64,000 bases of DNA from Bdellovibrionota bacterium. Lineage in GTDB: Bacteria > Bdellovibrionota_C > UBA2361 > OMII01. The notes beneath the pieces are model-generated. The model saw only the letters and a program-made list of their open reading frames with translations, had not been told where the DNA came from and searched no databases. Positions 56,908-64,000 of this stretch are shown piece by piece. A program made the position numbers and the translations under genes. Position 1 is the first letter of the stretch. Every line of letters starts with the position of its first letter. The DNA lies in contig JBIJBE010000001.1 of assembly GCA_044345405.1 (NCBI GenBank), forward strand, positions 114,025 through 178,024. The letters run 5' to 3'.

Positions 56908-58227
56908 CTAATGCGCTAGTGACATCATGTGGTCGTGTGCTAGCGCTCGAACCTCCGTTGTCGTGCGGGGATCGTCAAGCAGCTGCGAGAACACCGAGAG
57001 GGATTCCTCGGTGTTCGAGAGCCCTTTGAGCGCTATCCCCAGCGCGAGGAGCGCGAGCGCGTGGTGCGGGTCGGGTAGGGAGCGTACAGGATCCACACAT
57101 TCGAAAGCTTTTTTGAAATGCCCAATGTCGTTGTAGAGGGACGCAAGCGCGGCGCGGGCGGTCACGCAGTGTGGATTGATTTGGATCGCCCTCTCATAGA
57201 GCAACGCCGCGTGTGAGGGGCGTCCCGAGCGAGATACGACCATCGCCAAATTGCACCACGCGGTGATGAACGAAGGATCGACGGCGATGGCGCGACGAAG
57301 TACCTTCTCGGCGTCAGAGTAATATTTGTGCCGATAGAAGAAGAGTCCGTAGTTGCTCAATACCTCTTTGCACGCTGGATCGATTCGGAGCGCCGCGTTG
57401 AACGCGGCTTGCGCCTCTTCGGTTTGTCCACTCGCCGAGAGTACGTGGGCGAGATTGCTCCATACCCAAAGCTGATTAGGATCGAGCTTGAGCGCCTCTT
57501 TGAACGCGGCAATCGCTTCGGGGGCCCTTCCCGCGAGGTTATGCTCGATTCCGATCTCGTAGTACGCCTGCCAGTTGTTTGGGTTCTGTTTGATCTTTTC
57601 GAGTCCGAGCTCCGTGTAGAGCTTCGCTTTATCGTGGTGTCGGATCGCGAGACTCTCCGGCGTGAATCCGTAGTGGTGTATCAGAAGGTCGGTTTGTTTC
57701 AGTGAGAGGCCTGAACTGGGGGTGATGGAAGCGTTTACGAGCTCGTGCACTACCCCTTCATACCCGATGCCTCGGTGGTTCGGCCATAGTCGGACCAAGG
57801 AGCTCTGAAAGTAGCCTTGATACTCCCGCTCCATGGTTGGATGCTCGCCGTGGCACGCTACTGAGTTGTTGAGTCGCAGATCGTTCGTATAGTGTCGTTG
57901 GTTCAGTAGGTAACAGGCGTTCGGATTCTGTGTTAACTCTCGTAGTCGCGCGTGGTCAAGTGGATCGATCTCTTCATCGGCGTCGAGAACGAGAACCCAC
58001 TCCTTGGTGGCGTGCTGAAGGGAGATATTTCGAGCCTTCGCGAAGTCGTTCTCCCACGGTGCCCTAAAGACGCGCGCGCCGAACGCCTCAGCGACCGCGA
58101 TCGTTCCATCCGTAGATCCCGTATCGACTACGATGATCTCATCGACGATAGCGCGAACGCTTGCGAGGCATCGACCGAGGACGCGCTCTTCATTCTTTAC
58201 GATCATACAGAGGGATATGGTGGCCAT
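56908..58227 (-). CDS. GT2 glycosyltransferase with TPR repeats
   Basis: SLCMIVKNEE, VDTGSTD, DFAKARN, LDADE, VHE, HYG; C-terminal TPRs. Confidence 0.92.
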   Translation of the reverse strand: MATISLCMIVKNEERVLGRCLASVRAIVDEIIVVDTGSTDGTIAVAEAFGARVFRAPWENDFAKARNISLQHATKEWVLVLDADEEIDPLDHARLRELTQNPNACYLLNQRHYTNDLRLNNSVACHGEHPTMEREYQGYFQSSLVRLWPNHRGIGYEGVVHELVNASITPSSGLSLKQTDLLIHHYGFTPESLAIRHHDKAKLYTELGLEKIKQNPNNWQAYYEIGIEHNLAGRAPEAIAAFKEALKLDPNQLWVWSNLAHVLSASGQTEEAQAAFNAALRIDPACKEVLSNYGLFFYRHKYYSDAEKVLRRAIAVDPSFITAWCNLAMVVSRSGRPSHAALLYERAIQINPHCVTARAALASLYNDIGHFKKAFECVDPVRSLPDPHHALALLALGIALKGLSNTEESLSVFSQLLDDPRTTTEVRALAHDHMMSLAH

Positions 58228-58516
58228 GATGTGCGTATCGAGAGAGCCCTTTCCAGTATAAAAACCACCGCTCACTCCCGCAACCGGACCACACAGACTC
58301 GCGGTGGGGGAGGGTGAAGAGCTAGAACAATTGTTTAGCTTATTGGTAGCTGGAGGTGAACAACGCCTCTCACGGAATGTATCGTCAGGGAGTTACCGCA
58401 GGTTAAGAGGGAAGTTCCGGTCCCGATCCCTTTCGCCCCCTGGGAACGAATCATCTCCGCTAACCATCGAATCTTACGAAAGGAGTGAGGGGTTCTGTGA
58501 TCAGATACAGGTTTTG

Positions 58517-60151
58517 ATGAGGGTCGTTTTAGGGCTCAATTACGGTCACGATGGAGCGGCGGCGGTTGTCCGTGATGGACGACTCGTATCCGCAGTATCG
58601 CTTGAACGTATTACACGCCGTAAAAAAGAGTCCGGCATTACCCGGGAGCTCGTTGAGTACGTCCTCGCCGAGGCTGGAGTTGGTCTGGGCGATGTGTCGG
58701 CGGTCGCGCTTGCCGCGTTTATTCCTTCACCTCACAACCCGATCCCCATTTTTAAAAAAGGTGGCGAGGAGATTACGAGTCCGGTGTTTGATCTCTTTGG
58801 CGGTGAGACCTCATTCGCCCTTGAGGCGATGATAGAGGGACGGAAGGTGCCTGCCTTCTTTATCAATCATCACATCGCCCACTGCGCCGCGGCGTTCTTT
58901 ACAAGCCCCTTTGATCGCGCGGCATGTATGAGCGTTGACGCCAGCATGGTCCGGCCCGAAGCGTGCTCGGTCATGGCCTACGGGCAAGGGGAGGAGCTGC
59001 GATATCTCCGATGCCCCGGAATCATGATAGGTAACGCCTATTCCGTCTTTACCGAGAAGCTTGGCCTCGGCCCGGGCCTCACAAAAGCGGGGACGTTAAT
59101 GGGGCTAGCTCCCTACGGCAAGCCGAACGCCGCCGCTAGAACTCGCTGGCGCGAACTCGGAGCGTCCTTCTACGAACGACCCTTTCAGGAGAGCGATCCG
59201 CTCTTTATCGATTACATGTGGAGCGTCATTTCAGGCGAGCCCCCACACGCGGCGCTTCCTCCCGCGCTTAGCGATTCACCCAAGGCGCAGGAGATCGCCG
59301 CCTCGATCCAGTACGTTTTTGAGCAAACGATGCTCGCTCAGGCGCAACGGCTCTTTCGGGATACCGTCGGATTTAGTGGAGGAAACCTCTGCCTGAGCGG
59401 GGGATCGTTCCTCAACTCAGAGACGAACATGCTCATCAAGAGGGAGTCGGGATTCTCGAATCTTCACCTCTTCCCTGGATGTGGTGACGATGGAACCGCG
59501 GTCGGCTCCGCGCTCTTTGTGGCTCATACGCTCGGTCGGTACCCTCGGCAGCGGTACTCCTCGGGAGACCTCATGTATCTTGGACGATCGTATTCGACAC
59601 CGGCGGAACTTCAGAGCGCCCCACGGGCCGAGCCAGAAGCGATTGCTCGGATCCTGGCCGAGGGAAAGATAGTCGCGATGTGTCACGGACGGAGTGAATT
59701 CGGACCGAGGGCGCTTGGAAATCGCTCCCTACTCGCCGATCCCCGCGTCGCGGAGATGCGCGACACCCTAAATTTCAAAGTAAAGCGACGGGAGTGGTTC
59801 CGTCCGTTCGCGCCGGCTGTGCTCGCCGAGCATGCGCATGAGTGGTTTGAGATCGATTGCGAGAGTCCCTTCATGTTGTTAATCGCCAAGGTTAAGGAAG
59901 CTGCCCGTATTCCAGCGGTTTCGCACGTCGATGGAACGGCTCGAGTACAAACGGTCTCAAAGGGGGACAATCCCTTCTTTCACAGCGTCCTTTCGGCGTT
60001 TCATCGCCTGACCGGCGTGCCCGTTCTTCTCAACACGAGCCTCAATGGAAATGGGGAGCCACTCGCGGAGAGCCCCGCCGACGCGATTCGATTTTTTCAC
60101 GAGGGCACTATCGACGCTCTCGTGGTGAATGAGAAACTTCTTACGCGATAA
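58517..60151 (+). CDS. NodU/CmcH-family O-carbamoyltransferase
   Basis: GHD, ERITRRK, HHIAH, MGLAPYG, GDDG, EFGPRALGNRS, REWFRPFAP, HVDGTARVQ, LNTSLN. Confidence 0.92.
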   Translation: MRVVLGLNYGHDGAAAVVRDGRLVSAVSLERITRRKKESGITRELVEYVLAEAGVGLGDVSAVALAAFIPSPHNPIPIFKKGGEEITSPVFDLFGGETSFALEAMIEGRKVPAFFINHHIAHCAAAFFTSPFDRAACMSVDASMVRPEACSVMAYGQGEELRYLRCPGIMIGNAYSVFTEKLGLGPGLTKAGTLMGLAPYGKPNAAARTRWRELGASFYERPFQESDPLFIDYMWSVISGEPPHAALPPALSDSPKAQEIAASIQYVFEQTMLAQAQRLFRDTVGFSGGNLCLSGGSFLNSETNMLIKRESGFSNLHLFPGCGDDGTAVGSALFVAHTLGRYPRQRYSSGDLMYLGRSYSTPAELQSAPRAEPEAIARILAEGKIVAMCHGRSEFGPRALGNRSLLADPRVAEMRDTLNFKVKRREWFRPFAPAVLAEHAHEWFEIDCESPFMLLIAKVKEAARIPAVSHVDGTARVQTVSKGDNPFFHSVLSAFHRLTGVPVLLNTSLNGNGEPLAESPADAIRFFHEGTIDALVVNEKLLTR

Positions 60152-60247
60152 CCGCGCCGCTCCCGACAATTGATCTGTATCATATCGTCTTCGTCATTCC
60201 AGGCGTATCGGTGAGCACATCAATTGTTCCTGTGTTGTGGGGTGAGT

Positions 60248-62833
60248 ATGATGTGTGAACGTATCGTTAGGACTATCGCGTTAGTCGCTCTCGTTGTAGG
60301 CGCGGCGGCGCCGAATGAGACCAAGGCGGAATCTCAATTCGCCGCCGGTGAACGTTTTATCGAAGAGGTTGTCGTTGAGGGAATTCCGATATCGACGGCG
60401 ATCGCGTTCGCTCCTGACTCCCGTATCTTTGTCGCTTTGAAAGATGGCGCCGTGCGAGTAGTTCAAAACGGACAGCTCCTTCGCACTCCATTTCTTGACA
60501 TCTCCGCGATGGTCAATAAGGCCACGGATCGCGGTCTGCTTGGGATAGCGGTAGATCCAAATTTTCCAACTAAACCCTATGTATACCTCTCGTATGTGTG
60601 GGATCCCCCTGGGTTCGCGCCTGATGGGAAGGATTCTCGTGTGATAAAGATCGTTCGATACTCGGCTGACGCCGCGCAAGGATATAACGTTGCGGTGGTT
60701 GGAAGTGAGGAGGTGATTCTTGGGAAAAACAGCCGACCTGAGTATATCGCGCCCCCTTCAACCTCAGTTGAAGTAACCTATCCGGAGCGCGCGTCATGTA
60801 TGACGGGACTGAACATGGCGGGAGCGCCGATCCAGGATTGTATTCCCGTAGACTCGTTGTCCCATGCGTCCGGTACGTTAATGTTCGGTGCCGACGGGAT
60901 GTTGATGGCAAGTATCGGCGATGGCGCGAACTATGACTTTCCATCGACTGTGGCGTTCAACGCTCAAAATCTCGACGCGATGTCCGGCAGAATCGTACGG
61001 GTTAATCCCGACACAGGCGAAGGTGTTCCAGGAAACCCATTCTTCGAACCGGCGAATCCGGGCTCGAACCGCTCGAAGGTCTGGTCGTGGGGGTATCGAA
61101 ACCCTTTCCGCTTCACCATCAATCCAGCGAATGGGCAGGTCTACGCAGGCGATGTTGGTACTTCGTACTACGAAGAGATTAACGCGGGGAAGGGTAGTAA
61201 CTTTGGGTGGCCGTGCTACGAAGGTGGTTTCAGCAATCGATTGCAGCAGGAGGGGCAAGCGACCGTGAGCGAGCGACAGGTCGGTTTTAAGCGGGCTCCA
61301 GCCACGATAGACTTCTGTAACGCGATCTATGCCAAGGGACCGGGCGCCGTGACGGCGCCACTCTTTACGTATCGACACCCGTATGATTCAAACGGGAAGG
61401 ACCTCGGTTCCTCCATTACCGGAGCCGCGTTTTATTCGGGTACTTCGTATCCCGCTAAGTATCGGGGGGCCTTGTTTTTCGCGGACTACGCGAGACTCTT
61501 CATTAAGTACCTCACCTTCGACGCGAACGGCGCCCCTACCGTCCACGAGTTCGCCAAAGAGATCGGCTCTAATCTCGGCGCGGTGCAGCTTATCAGCGGT
61601 CCCGATTCGAATATCTACGCCGTGTTTTTGGATTTGAAAACCCGGACCGGCGCTGTGCGCCGGTTCCGTCCGATTATAGGCAGTAACAATCCACCAACGG
61701 CTCGAGCGAGCGCTGGACCCGTTGTTGGCGCGACACCGCTTATCGTAAGCTTCTCCTCCGCCGGGAGCGCCGATCCGGATGGTCAGCCGATTACGTTCTC
61801 GTGGGATTTCGGTGACGGTGAGTTTTCGTCAGAGCCAGAGGTCACGCACGTCTATACGAAGATCGGAACCTATAAAGCGACGCTGACCGTGCGTGAAGGT
61901 ACCGCGCCGTTCGCTACATCCACGAAGAGCTTCACGATCCGAACAGGCGCGAATCCTCCGGTCGCGTTCATAGACTCACCAGACGCGTCGTATCGATATG
62001 AGATCGGAAAAACGGTGAACTTCAGCGGTCGCGCCGACCCATCGAATGGTGTTGAAATGACGTGGCTGGTGCTCCAAAAACACAATCTCCATGAGCATCT
62101 CGTAAAGGAGGTTTCAGGGGCGAGTGGGTCGTTTGAGCCCGAGGAGCACTGTGACAACTGTGCCTACGAACTATGTTTGAGCGCGCAGGGGCAGGGGGAG
62201 TTGATCGACCAGAAGTGTCTGCCGATACCACCACTAACAACATCGTACACCTTCGCCAGCAAGCCGCCCGGCGCTCAGATAGCGTATATCGACGAGGAGA
62301 AGGAGGTTTTAGCGCCCTACATCGCGCAACCTATCGTTGGTTCGCGCCAAACCATAAGCGCCAATATCGTCTCAAACGGACGAACGTTCTCACGGTGGTC
62401 TGATGGACCAACGGACCCCGTACGAACGTTCGTGACCGGTGCCGAGCCGCGGACCTTTACCGCCGAGTATACGAACCTCGCGCCGGCGGTCGCGGTCAAG
62501 CTGGGCTCACAGAGGACGATTAAGGGCCGCTCGGTAGGATCTCGGACGGTTAAACTGGACGCTGGAGCCTCTAAGGATCCTGAAGGTGAGCCGCTTCGAT
62601 TTACGTGGCAGTTCTCGGACAAGAAGGTGCTGCGCGGCGCTTCGGTAACGAAGAGCTTTAGGAGGAACGGAAGCTACAGAGTCACCTTAACCGTGCGGGA
62701 CAGATTAGGGGGTACCTCAGTCTACCGAGGCACGATAAGGATCGGGAGAAAGCCCGTCCTTCGCCGGATCGGCACCTCAAGCGCTGTGTGGGCCTTTGAG
62801 GACCATTCCGGGGCCCAAGAGGCGCAAGGGTAG
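60248..62833 (+). CDS. Secreted PQQ-dependent sugar dehydrogenase-like beta-propeller with PKD domains
   Basis: Signal peptide, DRGLLGIAVDP, GYRNPFR, GDVG, NFGWP; PKD DPDG..WDFGDG and DPEG..WQFSD. Confidence 0.88.
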   Translation: MMCERIVRTIALVALVVGAAAPNETKAESQFAAGERFIEEVVVEGIPISTAIAFAPDSRIFVALKDGAVRVVQNGQLLRTPFLDISAMVNKATDRGLLGIAVDPNFPTKPYVYLSYVWDPPGFAPDGKDSRVIKIVRYSADAAQGYNVAVVGSEEVILGKNSRPEYIAPPSTSVEVTYPERASCMTGLNMAGAPIQDCIPVDSLSHASGTLMFGADGMLMASIGDGANYDFPSTVAFNAQNLDAMSGRIVRVNPDTGEGVPGNPFFEPANPGSNRSKVWSWGYRNPFRFTINPANGQVYAGDVGTSYYEEINAGKGSNFGWPCYEGGFSNRLQQEGQATVSERQVGFKRAPATIDFCNAIYAKGPGAVTAPLFTYRHPYDSNGKDLGSSITGAAFYSGTSYPAKYRGALFFADYARLFIKYLTFDANGAPTVHEFAKEIGSNLGAVQLISGPDSNIYAVFLDLKTRTGAVRRFRPIIGSNNPPTARASAGPVVGATPLIVSFSSAGSADPDGQPITFSWDFGDGEFSSEPEVTHVYTKIGTYKATLTVREGTAPFATSTKSFTIRTGANPPVAFIDSPDASYRYEIGKTVNFSGRADPSNGVEMTWLVLQKHNLHEHLVKEVSGASGSFEPEEHCDNCAYELCLSAQGQGELIDQKCLPIPPLTTSYTFASKPPGAQIAYIDEEKEVLAPYIAQPIVGSRQTISANIVSNGRTFSRWSDGPTDPVRTFVTGAEPRTFTAEYTNLAPAVAVKLGSQRTIKGRSVGSRTVKLDAGASKDPEGEPLRFTWQFSDKKVLRGASVTKSFRRNGSYRVTLTVRDRLGGTSVYRGTIRIGRKPVLRRIGTSSAVWAFEDHSGAQEAQG

Positions 62834-62905
62834 CGACTACCAGGGCTATCCCCACTTAAAAGGTCCGATAACTTTACTTATCGGTCATTTAATGGGGTAG
62901 CTTTA

Positions 62906-62935
62906 AGGGGTGGTCCGGCAAGCCGGACCACCCCT
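62906..62935. terminator. Strong hairpin between convergent genes
   Basis: AGGGGTGGTCCGGC-AA-GCCGGACCACCCCT. Confidence 0.75.
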
Positions 62936-62963
62936 CTTTCGTTGTGTGCGAGTTCGGACAGGC

Positions 62964-63443
62964 CTACTGAAGGGCAGGTCTGTGTGTTCGCTCCTCTCCA
63001 GCGAGGATCATCACCGAATTGCACGCGAGCTCAAGGCACAAGAGGTCTCGTGGCCCAAGCTTGATACGACGCCGCTCCTCTTCGGTACGGCCGGTGACGA
63101 TACGAAGCCAGCACGTCTCCTCACCGTTAAGGCGACCTTGTTGTCCCCGTGGCTTGTCACGATAGAGTTTGATCAACGTGTCGGAATCTCCCTCACTCTC
63201 CCCGCTCTGGAGGATTACGTTCTCATCGAGAGATTCAACGCCGTAGAGGAATGCGCGAGCCGTTGCCCACAGTCCGCCGATGGCGTCGATAGGAAGTAGC
63301 ATATTGAGATTTCCTGGAGCGTTTGGAGACTCAACGCCATCTATGATCGGTATGTAGAAGAAGCGAAGTCCGTGCGCCTCTGGGACGAGTTGGAGGCGCC
63401 CGAAGGACTTATTGATTGAGAATGTTACACCACCGCGATACAT
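62964..63443 (-). CDS. Orphan hypothetical protein
   Basis: 159 aa; ATG preceded by AAAGGTTTCT, like other starts in this window. Confidence 0.6.
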   Translation of the reverse strand: MYRGGVTFSINKSFGRLQLVPEAHGLRFFYIPIIDGVESPNAPGNLNMLLPIDAIGGLWATARAFLYGVESLDENVILQSGESEGDSDTLIKLYRDKPRGQQGRLNGEETCWLRIVTGRTEEERRRIKLGPRDLLCLELACNSVMILAGEERTHRPALQ

Positions 63444-64000
63444 AGAAACCTTTACCTTTTAAAAAACCCTTCCGGGATGCGCCCGTCGTTCTCACCTGGC
63501 GCCCTATTTTCTACCTCTGTAGACGTTATCGACTCGAGCCACCGCGTGCTTCACATCGTGATGCGGACGATCCTTCGAGCCGTGATTCAGACGATAGTTC
63601 GTTGAACCACCCTCTCATCGATCGATCCACCGAAGATGCTTCCAAAAAGCGTCTACGAGTAACTCTGATTTGAGGCAAAAACCGGGCCGATACGGAACGG
63701 CGCTTCGCGACAATGTCGAGCTAGCTTTGAGATTATCCCCAAGACATCGTAATTGCAATAACACCTTTTGGTACCTGGAATCTCGTAATTCCAGTGAGTT
63801 ATTTTCTAAATTTCAACGGGCCGGATTTCGGACCCTTCGGTGGATCCGCTGGGGGGCCCTTCTCCTGAGGAGTTGATGTCCCCTTCTTCGGCGCATCGGT
63901 TTTCACTCGCTGCGGAGCGCCCGTTTTTACCGGTGGAGGTTGCGGCGTTGGCCTACTGAGCGTCATTACGCTCCCTCGTGGTTTTCCTCCCTTCGGGATC

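Noticed and set aside
1-64000. CRISPR arrays, tRNA/rRNA, IS elements, reverse transcriptases, known riboswitches
   Set aside because: No regular repeat-spacer series, cloverleaf or T-loop signature, transposase/RT motif or recognised riboswitch consensus seen by eye; an Infernal/tRNAscan run would be decisive.
63450-64000. Terminal region and ORF 63670..63876
   Set aside because: No motifs and truncated context; cannot be called.

Overview
Bacterial chromosome segment, GC-rich by eye. Gene content suggests a deltaproteobacterial/Bdellovibrionota-like lineage, but I cannot assign taxonomy. I saw no rRNA, tRNA, CRISPR array, transposase or integrase. Recognisable genes include a partial Tat-signal metallophosphoesterase, RlmD-like methyltransferase, tex, tyrS, bioF, rpmG, yacG, sufS, a short alaS, SulP plus carbonic anhydrase, a cold-shock protein, two histidine kinases, dusB, etfBA, yciH/SUI1, glycosyl- and carbamoyltransferases, and a PQQ-type dehydrogenase with PKD domains. 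Orphan-rich patches lie at about 9.1-12.6, 19.2-30.2 and 39.5-40.9 kb. Leading observations: (1) two unrelated genes without signal peptides, one a LysM + VgrG3-type muramidase, share an ungapped 64-nt upstream element (41/64 identical), suggesting an undescribed alternative-sigma regulon; (2) an effector-like orphan cluster encodes a remote SelO-like kinase fold, a caspase-clan (His-Gly/Cys) domain, a MidA-like methyltransferase and a serpin; (3) a Ski2/HelY helicase is cleanly split into two translationally coupled genes; (4) a full-length P1B-ATPase has its catalytic motifs eroded; (5) bioF is coupled to a FabF-like ketosynthase; (6) two paralogues of an unknown small family are each followed about 65 nt downstream by a long two-tier hairpin. 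All family calls come from motif recognition by eye, not database searches.
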